Shown here piece after piece: positions 7,778 through 16,313 of a DNA stretch of 64,000 nt. Made by a program: the position numbers and the translations under genes. The stretch lies in NCBI GenBank assembly GCA_037439785.1, contig JBBIVJ010000021.1, positions 8,077 through 72,076 on the forward strand, given 5' to 3'. Numbering within the stretch: position 1 is the first letter of the stretch; each line of letters begins with the position of its first letter. The stretch comes from Verrucomicrobiales bacterium. Lineage in GTDB: Bacteria > Verrucomicrobiota > Verrucomicrobiia > Limisphaerales > J093. Below the pieces are notes generated by a model that had not been told where the DNA came from, made no database searches, and was given only the letters and a program-made list of their open reading frames with translations.

Positions 7778-9379
7778 TCATGCGGTCCGCCGGGCCGGGG
7801 GGAAAAACCGCTCGACGGTGGGCGGGGCGGGTGGCCGGGTCAGCAGGGAGACGACCACCAGGGTCACGGCGCTGGCGGCCACGATGAACACCACCGGCAT
7901 CAGGCCGAAGAGGAGCAATTCGTCCTCGCCGGGCGGGCGGTCGGACCCGGCAACGATGTCGCGGTAAAAGAGCACCAACCAGGTGACCGTGGCCGCGGCC
8001 AGCGCCGCCAGCACGCCCGCGGCCGTGGCCCGTCGCCAGTACAAGGCGGCGAACACCAGCGGGAACAGGGCGGCGAAGCCGGAGAAGCACCACACCCCCA
8101 GATCGAAGACGTGGGCGGTGTCCTTGAGGCCGAGCGAGAGCAGGTAGGTCACGGCCACGATGGCCACGATGAAGCCGCGGGCCAGGAGGATTTTCTGGCG
8201 GTCACTGAAGCGCTGCGGACCGACCAGCCGCACCACGATGTCCTGGGTGAACATCGTGCCCAGGCACATGAACTGCGAGTCCAGGCTGGACATGATGGCC
8301 GCCAGCACACCGGCGGCGACGATGCCGGTAAGAATCGGCGCCTGCACCAGTTGGTTCACCATCCGCCCGAGCACGGCGTTGGGGTTGGCCCCAGATCCCA
8401 ATTGGGCCGTGGCCCACAGGCCGATCAGGATGCAGGGCACCCACACCAGCATGATGAAGAGGGGGTGGGCCACCACGGTGAGTCGGAAGCTGCGCGCGCT
8501 GCGGGCCGTGAGCCAGTGCTGGAACAGGTGCGGGAACATGCCCACCGACAACGGGACCAGGAAGTAGGAGAAGAACTGGCCATGCCCGATGAGCCCCTCC
8601 CGCGCCAGGCGCGGGGCCCCGTAAGTGCTTTCCGCCACGCGACGACCGGCCTCGGCCAGCCCGCCCATCCGCTCGGCCACCAACCAGAAGGCCACCAGAC
8701 CGGCGCCCAGGAAGACCAGGGTTTGAAAGGTGTTGGCCCACACCGCCCCGCGCAGGCCGCCGTAAAAGACGTAACCGAGCACGATCAGGCAGATTCCACC
8801 CGCCCCCAGCCAGTACGGGATGCCGCCCGCGAGCGGGTTGGGCCGCAACGCCCCATCCGGCCCGGCCACGGCCGGCAGGGGAAACCACTGCGGGAACGCA
8901 CCGGCGGTGGCGGACTGGATGAACTTGCCGGCCGAGATCACCCCCACCAGCAGGTAGGGAATCACCAGCAGCACCAGGATGGGAAACAGGGCGTAGCCGA
9001 CGGCCGGTGAGGCGAAGCGTTCCCGGAAAAATTCGCACTGCGTCAGGTAGCCGTAGCGCTTGCCCAGCGCCCACAGCCGGATGCCCACCACGAAAAACAC
9101 CGCCGAGTGGATCAGACCCGACCAGGAGGCCATCAGGCCGTACACGCCCACCCCGCTGGTGTAGGCCTTGCCGGTCGAGCCCACCATCGCAAAGCCGGTC
9201 ATGGTGGTGCCGAAGATGGACATCAGCAGCAGGAAGGGGCCCACCGAGCGGCTGACCACGAAGTAATCCGCGCTGGTGCCTTTGAAGAAATGGTTGCTGG
9301 CCAGGCCCAGGGCGACCAGCAACCCCAGGTAGCCGACAATGACCAGCACCACCTGCACGCCATCGGCGAGGGCCAGCAT
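7778..9379 (-). CDS. Sodium:solute symporter (SSS family)
   Basis: About 13 TM segments with SSS-type blocks (FVVSRSVGPFLLLMSIFGTTMTG..., GGLRGAVWANTFQ, SSLDSQFM). The start is taken at MLALADGV (ATG 9379). Confidence 0.85.
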   Translation of the reverse strand: MLALADGVQVVLVIVGYLGLLVALGLASNHFFKGTSADYFVVSRSVGPFLLLMSIFGTTMTGFAMVGSTGKAYTSGVGVYGLMASWSGLIHSAVFFVVGIRLWALGKRYGYLTQCEFFRERFASPAVGYALFPILVLLVIPYLLVGVISAGKFIQSATAGAFPQWFPLPAVAGPDGALRPNPLAGGIPYWLGAGGICLIVLGYVFYGGLRGAVWANTFQTLVFLGAGLVAFWLVAERMGGLAEAGRRVAESTYGAPRLAREGLIGHGQFFSYFLVPLSVGMFPHLFQHWLTARSARSFRLTVVAHPLFIMLVWVPCILIGLWATAQLGSGANPNAVLGRMVNQLVQAPILTGIVAAGVLAAIMSSLDSQFMCLGTMFTQDIVVRLVGPQRFSDRQKILLARGFIVAIVAVTYLLSLGLKDTAHVFDLGVWCFSGFAALFPLVFAALYWRRATAAGVLAALAAATVTWLVLFYRDIVAGSDRPPGEDELLLFGLMPVVFIVAASAVTLVVVSLLTRPPAPPTVERFFPPARRTA

Positions 9380-9386
9380 CTTGGGG

Positions 9387-9698
9387 TCAGTGGGTGACGG
9401 CGGTTGCGCGAGCGGGGGCGGTCGCCGGGGCGGCGGTCGGTTCTTTCCGGACTGGTTCATCGGCCCAGCGCTCCATGGCGTCGGGCCAGGCGTAGTGGCT
9501 GGCGAAGGCCCACAGCAGGCCGGCTGCCACCGAGAAGACCGCGTGGTAGAACAGGCCCAAGGGCAGGAAGCCCAGCACCAGTCGTCGGTCGCCCCACGCC
9601 CAGAAATCATGGTGGAGCACAAACAACAGCCCAAACAGGGCGATCACCACCCGCCGGGAGGCCGGCGTGGTGCGCGAAGGAGGCGGGGGGAACGTCAT
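9387..9698 (-). CDS. DUF3311-like small membrane protein (symporter-associated subunit)
   Basis: Two-TM small protein ending 7 nt upstream of the SSS gene. This arrangement is typical of DUF3311/YhdT-like partners. Confidence 0.65.
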   Translation of the reverse strand: MTFPPPPSRTTPASRRVVIALFGLLFVLHHDFWAWGDRRLVLGFLPLGLFYHAVFSVAAGLLWAFASHYAWPDAMERWADEPVRKEPTAAPATAPARATAVTH

Positions 9699-9719
9699 CG
9701 GAGGCGGGAGGGGTTCAGA

Positions 9720-11393
9720 TCAACGGCTGGTCGGAAGGGCGGTCGTGGAGGGCCGATCCCCCGGCGGCGCTGCGGCGGCGGAATCGTGGAAGGCGTAAAG
9801 GTGGGTGTTGCTGCCCACGTAGATCACGCCGTTGGCCACCACCGGGGTCGAGTAGATGGGGGCCCCGAGGTTGCATTCGCTGAGGAGCTTTTTCTCCTTC
9901 GCCGCGGCCAGGACCACGAAGTCGCCGTCCTCGTCCCCCACGTACACCTTGCCGTCCGCCACCAGGGTGCTGCCCCACATGTGGGCCTTCATGTCATGGG
10001 TCCAGTAGAGCTGGCCGGTCTCGGCGTCGAGGCAGTGGATGAAGCCGGAGAAGTCGCCCACAAAGAGCAGGCCGCTGGTGGGGTCAATCGAGACGGTGGA
10101 GATGCTGCGGTGGATGCCGCGATAGTCCCAGAGCAACGCCTTGCCGGTGACGTCGCCGGTCCGGGTGGCGTCCACGCACACCAGCCGGCCGACGCCCTCG
10201 CCATGCTCGGGGTCCTGGCCGATGGCGATGTACACGCGGTTTTTGTAGAAGACGGGGGTGGCGTTGATTTCGCTGGGGCCGTCGGCGTCCGGGTAGCGGA
10301 TGGGCTTGCCGTCTTTGACCTTGTACTCGGGCGGGTTGCAGTCGAACCACCAGACCTTTTTGAGATAGTTCAGCTCGGGGTCCTCCTCGTGGTTGAGCGG
10401 CGGACCGGGCAGGACGGGGACGATGGGCTGGCCGTTGCCCCTGGCCGGTTCGGCACTGAAGGCGTAGAGCACGCCGTCGCCCCCGCCGAAGAACACCTGC
10501 CAGCGGCCGTTGACTTCGGCTGCCGAGCCGGAGCCCCACTGGCCGTGGAAGATGCGCGGGCCGATGCCGGCGTTGTCCTCGCCGGCCAATTCGCCGGTCT
10601 TTTTGTTTACGGCGATGAAGCTGGGCGCCAGCGGCGAGGGGATGTTCACGTGGGTCCAGTCCTGGCCGTTGGAGGTGCAGACATAAACGAGGTCGCCGAC
10701 CACCAGCGGGGAGCTGTTCGAGGCGTTGTGGGGGAAGACGCCCAGTTCGTTCATCATGTCGTACACCCAGATGATGTCGGCGTCGTGCGGCCCCAGTTTG
10801 GCGGGCGGCCGGCCGGTGTCCTTGACGAGGTAGTTGGCCTCGTCGGTGAAGGGGCCGTCGTTGCCGTTGGCCAGGCCCTCGGTGTCCAGGCACATGACCT
10901 CGCAGCGGCTGGTGACCACGTAGAGGCGGTTGCCCTCGATGGTGGGGGAGGAGAGCAGGCCGAGGTTTTCCCAGTCGTTGACCTTGCCGGATTTGAGCTT
11001 GGGCACGACCAGATGCCAGAGGAAGTTGCCGGTCTTTTCGTCGAAGCACATCAGGATGCTGCGGTCGCCCTGGTGCTGGGGATCGCGGGGGAAGTCATTG
11101 TTGGTGCCCACAAAGACCTTGCCGCCGGCGACGCTGGTGTTGCCGTAGCTCTGGGTGCCGAGCTTGGCGACCCACTTGACGTTTTTGGTGGTTGCCAGGT
11201 CCACCTCCTCGGTGCCGGGCTTGAACTGCCCGGGCTCGAAGCGGTCGGGCAGGTTCCGGGCCGGCGAGTACATGTTGCGGTGGATGGTTCGGCCCCACAT
11301 CGGCCAATCCTCCGCCCGCAGGCCGGTGTGGGCCGGGCCGACGAGCAGGGCCAGGGTGAGAAGGGGGCGCAGCGTCATCTTGGAATTCTTCAT
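9720..11393 (-). CDS. Secreted PQQ-like beta-propeller repeat protein (BamB/PQQ_2-like)
   Basis: Signal peptide MKNSKMTLRPLLTLALLVGPAHTG. WPMWGR... opening and repeated ...A.G.vYvg...g.l.a.D..tG...W blades. Confidence 0.8.
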   Translation of the reverse strand: MKNSKMTLRPLLTLALLVGPAHTGLRAEDWPMWGRTIHRNMYSPARNLPDRFEPGQFKPGTEEVDLATTKNVKWVAKLGTQSYGNTSVAGGKVFVGTNNDFPRDPQHQGDRSILMCFDEKTGNFLWHLVVPKLKSGKVNDWENLGLLSSPTIEGNRLYVVTSRCEVMCLDTEGLANGNDGPFTDEANYLVKDTGRPPAKLGPHDADIIWVYDMMNELGVFPHNASNSSPLVVGDLVYVCTSNGQDWTHVNIPSPLAPSFIAVNKKTGELAGEDNAGIGPRIFHGQWGSGSAAEVNGRWQVFFGGGDGVLYAFSAEPARGNGQPIVPVLPGPPLNHEEDPELNYLKKVWWFDCNPPEYKVKDGKPIRYPDADGPSEINATPVFYKNRVYIAIGQDPEHGEGVGRLVCVDATRTGDVTGKALLWDYRGIHRSISTVSIDPTSGLLFVGDFSGFIHCLDAETGQLYWTHDMKAHMWGSTLVADGKVYVGDEDGDFVVLAAAKEKKLLSECNLGAPIYSTPVVANGVIYVGSNTHLYAFHDSAAAAPPGDRPSTTALPTSR

Positions 11394-11420
11394 CTTGAAC
11401 CTTTCGTTGGATTGGGCCGG

Positions 11421-13817
11421 TTAGTTGTTCGGCGTCACCACCACGTTGTCCAGGTACACCCGCATGTCCTGCGGGGCGAAGGCAAACAGGCCCGGGCTGC
11501 CGGACTTGTGCGCGGTGCGGTGGGGTACCTCGATTGTCCAGGTGTCCGGTTCGGGGTCACCGGTCTTCCAGGCCCTGGCGCGGACGGTGCCCGAACCGTC
11601 GGGCTGGAGGTCCACGCGGGCCTTGAGGGTATACCAGGTGTTGGGCGACCAGCGGAAGGGCACGGCCACCTTGAGGCGTTCCTGGTTCGAGTTGACCTCC
11701 AGTTCCTGGGAGTTGCCTTTGAGGATGATGGCATAGCGCTGGTTGACCACGCCCACCTCGGACATCTTGCGGCGGGTGCCCTCGCTGCGCACGTCCGCCT
11801 GGATGGTGTAGCTGCTCATGTCCGGCCGGCCGATGAACGCCGTGCCGCGCTGGAAGAATTTGTTGTCAATCGTCTTGGTCAGCGCCCGGGTGCCGTCCAC
11901 CTCGCGGACCTCGAAGCGGAACCGCGCGCCGATCCACGCCAGCGGGGGGTAGGCGAACTTCGTGGGCGGCTCGACCGTGTTGGTGGTGGTCTGGGTCAGC
12001 TCGAAGCTCTCGAAGTCTTCGCGCAGGGGCAGCGGGGGCAACACCCGGCCGCGAATGTAGCCCTTGAGGCCGTCCAGCGTGGCTTCCCAGGCGCCGGCGG
12101 ACATCTTCGCCCCGGCGGGAATCTCCAGCTCGCCCCGCTCGTTGAAGCGGCCCTCCATCGTGGCCCTCACCAGCGCGGTGGGCGGGACGTAGGGCGCCCA
12201 TCGCAGCTTGGAGAGGTCCCGGACCTCTTCGACCAGGAGGCCGTGCGCATCCAGCTTGCGGGCGCGGAAGCGGGCCTTTTCGCCGGGCTTGAGCACGACC
12301 TCGGCAGGGATGATTTGGAGTAGCGCGGCCGGACCGGGGGCGGGCCAGGCGGGTTGGGCAAGGGGCTTGGGGCGACCCGGGTTATCGCCCCGCCGGCCGA
12401 AGCAGTACAGCTTGCGGGTGGTCTGCTGGTAAATCTTGCCGTTCCACGCGGTGGGCGTGCCAAAGCAACGGCCGTCCAGGTCAATGTGGCTGAGGATTTC
12501 TGCCGAGTCGCCGCGGTCGGCGATGATGTAGAAGCCGCCTTTGCGGCCGGCCTCCTCGCTGCTGCCCTCGGTCTTGACGGCGGGGTCGTCCAGGATGGGC
12601 ACGTAGAGGCGGCCGTCGGCGTACAGCGGGCAGGAATTGCGCTGCTCGATGCCGAGGGTGACGCTCCAGAATTGTTTGCCCGTGTTGACGTCCACCGCAA
12701 TGAGGTCGCCCTTTTCCTTGACCACGTAGATGCGGTCGCCGACCAGGATGGGCGAGCTGGTCGAGGTCGAGGCGTCCAGGGTCCAGAGCTCGACCATGGC
12801 GCGCTCGATTTCGACCGGCTGGTTCGAGCCGGCCGGCGGTTCGACCTCGGGGATTTTGAACGCCACCATCTCCCCCGGCTCGTAGGGGGTGCCGAAGATG
12901 ACCACCACCTTGTCGTTGTGGTGGACCAGCACGGTGGCGTTGATGCCGGCCTTGGCCAGTGGCACCCGCCAGAGCGGGTCGCCGGTACGGGCGTTGAGGC
13001 AGACCACCGAGCCGTCGCCGCAGGCGGCGAGGAGCACGCGCTTGCCGCGCAGCCAGGTCAGGTAGGGGTGGGAGAAGGAATTGTCCATCGGCCGGCCGCC
13101 CGGGGAGCTGGCCCAGACCAGTTCGCCGGTGAGCTTGTCAAAGGCGTAGAAGCGGTCGCTGCCCGCGCCCTGCGCGCCCCAGTTGCTGGTGATGCCCCGG
13201 GTGATCACCAGGTCGCGGTCCACCACCGGCGAGGCGGTGCGGCTGTTGGGGAAGGTCAGCCGGCCAAACTCCTCCATCAACGCGCGGCTCCAGAGTGGCT
13301 GGCCGTCCGCGGTGAACCCCGCCAGAATGCCCTGGGTGCCCTGCATGTACACGTGGCCCGTCTCGGGGTCCACGGCGGGCGAGGCGGTGGCGTAGCGCAG
13401 GTAAATGGTGTCGCTGAGGTAGTCGTTGAAGGTCCGCTTCCAGAGCAGCTCGCCGGTCTCGGCGTTGAAGCAGGCCAGGCCTTCCTGGAGGTCGGGGCCG
13501 TCATCCTTGTAGCCCAGGATGTACAGCCGGCCGTCGGCCACCACCGCCGTGGATTGCCCGGGCCAGTCCGCCGTCCACAGCGCCTCCTCCTTCGAGCCGA
13601 TCCGCGCCGGCAGGCCGGTTTCGCGGGAGACGCCGCACTGTTCCGGCCCGCGCCAGGCCAGCCAGCCGTCCACGGCGGCCCGCGCCGTCCCCCCCGCCGC
13701 CAGGCCCAGCGCCAGCCCGGCGGCGAGCCCGCGGAGGCGCGCGCGGACCGGTTGAGGTCCGGCGGAGGAAGCTGCCGCGCCCCGACGCCGGCGCGGCCGT
13801 GCAAAAATTGCCATCAT
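11421..13817 (-). CDS. Secreted PQQ-like beta-propeller protein with a C-terminal Ig-like plus LamG/DUF1080-like jelly-roll region
   Basis: RRRR-containing signal. WLAWRGPE... and propeller blades (GRLYILG, DPETGHVYMQG, DKLTGELVW, NARTGDPLW, VNTGKQFW). The C-terminal roughly 330 aa is beta-rich and ends ...MRVYLDNVVVTPNN. Confidence 0.75.
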   Translation of the reverse strand: MMAIFARPRRRRGAAASSAGPQPVRARLRGLAAGLALGLAAGGTARAAVDGWLAWRGPEQCGVSRETGLPARIGSKEEALWTADWPGQSTAVVADGRLYILGYKDDGPDLQEGLACFNAETGELLWKRTFNDYLSDTIYLRYATASPAVDPETGHVYMQGTQGILAGFTADGQPLWSRALMEEFGRLTFPNSRTASPVVDRDLVITRGITSNWGAQGAGSDRFYAFDKLTGELVWASSPGGRPMDNSFSHPYLTWLRGKRVLLAACGDGSVVCLNARTGDPLWRVPLAKAGINATVLVHHNDKVVVIFGTPYEPGEMVAFKIPEVEPPAGSNQPVEIERAMVELWTLDASTSTSSPILVGDRIYVVKEKGDLIAVDVNTGKQFWSVTLGIEQRNSCPLYADGRLYVPILDDPAVKTEGSSEEAGRKGGFYIIADRGDSAEILSHIDLDGRCFGTPTAWNGKIYQQTTRKLYCFGRRGDNPGRPKPLAQPAWPAPGPAALLQIIPAEVVLKPGEKARFRARKLDAHGLLVEEVRDLSKLRWAPYVPPTALVRATMEGRFNERGELEIPAGAKMSAGAWEATLDGLKGYIRGRVLPPLPLREDFESFELTQTTTNTVEPPTKFAYPPLAWIGARFRFEVREVDGTRALTKTIDNKFFQRGTAFIGRPDMSSYTIQADVRSEGTRRKMSEVGVVNQRYAIILKGNSQELEVNSNQERLKVAVPFRWSPNTWYTLKARVDLQPDGSGTVRARAWKTGDPEPDTWTIEVPHRTAHKSGSPGLFAFAPQDMRVYLDNVVVTPNN

Positions 13818-13859
13818 GGGGGGCAAGTATTGGCCAGATTTGGAACTTGGCAAATGAAA

Positions 13860-13877
13860 TTGTACCTACACGTACAA
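13860..13877. promoter_or_regulatory. Candidate MarR operator palindrome TTGTAC-N6-GTACAA
   Basis: Perfect 6-bp inverted repeat with a 6-nt spacer, 36 nt upstream of the MarR ATG, in the 95-nt divergent intergenic region. Confidence 0.25.
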
Positions 13878-13912
13878 ATTTCCCGGCTTGCGCCCCGCCG
13901 CCACCCGATACA

Positions 13913-14632
13913 ATGGAGGTCGTGACTCCACCGTCACCAACCCAGGGCCAACCCCTCCCCGCACCGGGCCCGCTGCCGGGCGGGGCCGGGGTGCCCCCTG
14001 CCCCGCGTCGCCTGCCGCCGCTGTTGCGCCGGGCGTGGTTCAGCTTGAACCAGGCCTTCCGCCGCCGCATCGCGCACCTGCGGTTGACGCCGGACCAGTT
14101 CACCGCACTGCGATGGCTGGACGAGGCGGGGTCGGAGGGTCTGCGCCAGCGGGAGCTCATCGCCCAGATGGCCAGCGACCCCAACACCATCGCCTCGCTG
14201 CTGCGCCGCATGGAGCGCGCCGGCTGGGTGGGCCGGAGGCCCGAGCCGGGCGATCGCCGCGCCCTGCGGGTCAGGCTCAGCGCGGCCGGGCGCCGGCAAT
14301 ACCAGCGGGCACGGGTCATGGCCCTGGCCTTGCAGGCCGAAGTGTTGGCGGTGTTGCCCGCGCCGGAGCGGGAGCCGTTTCTCGAACGGCTCGAACGGGT
14401 GGCGGAGGCGTGCCGGGGGGCCGCGGAGGAAGGAGGGCGAGCCGCGGAGGGTGAGCCCGCGGCCGATCGCAAGCCACTGCTTGCAGAAAGGTCCCCGGCG
14501 GCGGGGCAAAGTCCCGACGTCACTCGCCGGCTTGGTCCAGCGCGCGCAGGGCCTCGAGGGCTTCCGGATGCCGGGGGGCCAGTTCGAGCATCTGCTGGAA
14601 CTCGCGGCGGGCGGAGGCGGGCTGGTCGCTGA
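13913..14632 (+). CDS. MarR-family transcriptional regulator with a long low-complexity C-terminal extension
   Basis: LTPDQFTALRWLDEAGSEGLRQRELIAQMASDPNTIASLLRRMERAGWVGRRPEPGDRRALRVRLSAAG is a winged-helix MarR core. The ORF runs on to 14632 with no stop. Confidence 0.8.
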   Translation: MEVVTPPSPTQGQPLPAPGPLPGGAGVPPAPRRLPPLLRRAWFSLNQAFRRRIAHLRLTPDQFTALRWLDEAGSEGLRQRELIAQMASDPNTIASLLRRMERAGWVGRRPEPGDRRALRVRLSAAGRRQYQRARVMALALQAEVLAVLPAPEREPFLERLERVAEACRGAAEEGGRAAEGEPAADRKPLLAERSPAAGQSPDVTRRLGPARAGPRGLPDAGGPVRASAGTRGGRRRAGR

Positions 14633-16175
14633 GGGCGAACCAGAGGCCGCGTTGGAAGTGCAGTTCGGCGGCCAGGGCGGGCGGGGGAGACTCGCCGGCG
14701 TGGCGCGCGGCGCGACTGAGATAAACCTGGGCCAGGACGCGGCCGGTTTCGGTGCGGTGGGTGCGCAGGAAGGCCGCGGCGAGGGTGAGATTGGCCAGGG
14801 CATTGTCCCCGAAGCGCTGTTGGGCGGCGACGGCGGTTTCCAACATGGTCTCGAGCTGCCCCTGCTGTTCGAGGGCGCGGGCCAGGAGCAGGCGGTGGCG
14901 GGGCGAGTCGTGCTGTGCCAGGCGCTGTCGGCACGCCGCCAGCCGCTCGGCTGCTTCGCGCAGCTCTTGGAGCGCAAAGGTCAGGACCTCCCACGCCAGG
15001 TCGTTGGCGGGGTCGAGGACCACGGCGCGGCGCAGGGCGGAGAGGCCGCCGGTGCGGTTGCCGACCAGGAAAAACTGCAGCAGACCGGCCAGGCCGAGGG
15101 CGAGCGCGGCCCGACGGGGGCGGGGGTCTTCGGCCAGAAGGTCCAGCCGGTGGAGGGCTTCGCGCAGCACGGTCCGGGAGGCGTCCGGCCATTCACGCCA
15201 GAGTTCCGGGCGCAGGCACTCGGCGGGGGAAGGTTGCCCGGCGAGGAGGCCGACCCCGAGGGCTTCTGCCAGGGCCAGGCGTCCCCAGGCCGCGGCGTCT
15301 TCGGGCTCCTGTTCCGCGGCCCGGTGCAGGTCCGCGCGTGGGTCAGGATGGAAAAGGGCCAGCAAGAACCGCCGGTCGCCGGGCCGGGCGCTCTCGAGTG
15401 TGCCGAGCCGCGCCTCCAACCAGCGGCGGTTGGCGGCCAGCAGGGCGCGGCTCTGGTAAAATTCGGCCGGCGCGGCCTGGGGCGGCTGGGCGGCGGCGAG
15501 GAGCGTTTCGGCCTCGGTTTGCCAGCGCCGGGCGCGGTCGGCCTGGTCGGGGCCGGGCGGGGCGTCGGGCCCGGCCGCGGCAGGCAGGGCCAGCAGGTCG
15601 GGGGCCAGGGGGTCGGCCCCGGCGACGACGGTCATCACGGCGCGGCCGGAAAGCAGGCGGGCCAGGGGGAGAGTGGGGCGCCAGGGCTCGGGGGCCAGGT
15701 CGCGGGCCCGGCGCAAGGCCCGTTCCGCCTCGGCGATTTGGCCCAGGTCGCGGAGGGCCCCGGCGTAGTCGAGCCAGCGGTCGGGGTCCGCGGCGTCCTC
15801 GATGCCCTGCTGGTGGAAGGCCTCGACGGCGCGGGTCAGGGCCTGACGGGCGGTCCGGGGTTGGAGGCGGAGCTGGCAGTAGACGCCCCAGCGGAGGAGG
15901 AGGCGCGGGTCCTGCGGATGCTCGGCCACCTGGCGCGCCAGTTCCTCGGGGTCGAGGTCAGGGGGAACGACCGGCGGCTTGAGCCGGGGGCCCAGGAAGG
16001 GGTGGTACTGGAGGCCGACCTCCAACCGGGCTTCCGGCAGGCGGAGTAATTGTTCCAGGCGCCGGCGGGCATTGACGGGGACGGCAGCAGAGGCGGGCCG
16101 GCACGGGCAGGCCACCCAGGCCAGGCCGGTGAGCAGTCCCCGCAGCAGGGCGCGCCGTTTCATGGCCGCCAACAT
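14520..16175 (-). CDS. Secreted TPR-repeat protein
   Basis: Signal-like MLAAMKRRALLRGLLTGLAWVA, a helical Ala/Leu-rich repeat body, and a TPR-like C-terminus (...FQRGLWFALSDQPASARREFQQMLELAPRHPEALEAL). Start is ATG 16175 or 16163. The track ORF portion above 16175 is antisense to the protease gene. Confidence 0.65.
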   Translation of the reverse strand: MLAAMKRRALLRGLLTGLAWVACPCRPASAAVPVNARRRLEQLLRLPEARLEVGLQYHPFLGPRLKPPVVPPDLDPEELARQVAEHPQDPRLLLRWGVYCQLRLQPRTARQALTRAVEAFHQQGIEDAADPDRWLDYAGALRDLGQIAEAERALRRARDLAPEPWRPTLPLARLLSGRAVMTVVAGADPLAPDLLALPAAAGPDAPPGPDQADRARRWQTEAETLLAAAQPPQAAPAEFYQSRALLAANRRWLEARLGTLESARPGDRRFLLALFHPDPRADLHRAAEQEPEDAAAWGRLALAEALGVGLLAGQPSPAECLRPELWREWPDASRTVLREALHRLDLLAEDPRPRRAALALGLAGLLQFFLVGNRTGGLSALRRAVVLDPANDLAWEVLTFALQELREAAERLAACRQRLAQHDSPRHRLLLARALEQQGQLETMLETAVAAQQRFGDNALANLTLAAAFLRTHRTETGRVLAQVYLSRAARHAGESPPPALAAELHFQRGLWFALSDQPASARREFQQMLELAPRHPEALEALRALDQAGE

Positions 16176-16313
16176 AGCGGCACGCGGGCCGCGGCGCGAC
16201 GCCGGAGGTGGGGAGGCGGCGCACGTGGTGGCGGCAGGGGGGCGGTGGCCGGCCCCTTGCTTCCGCTTTCGCGGGCTACTACGCTGGGCAGACCCGCTGC
16301 GGCGGGGGGCGTT

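Noticed and set aside
7755-8093. Upstream extension of the PaaK-like ORF (track start 8093)
   Set aside because: The extension overlaps the 3' end of the symporter gene and is Arg/Pro-rich. ATG 7754 gives a compact 23-nt intergenic gap.
9339-12323. 994-aa plus-strand ORF
   Set aside because: It lies antisense to the symporter start, the DUF3311 gene and both propeller genes, all of which have clear family signatures. It has a low-complexity G/A/V/D composition.
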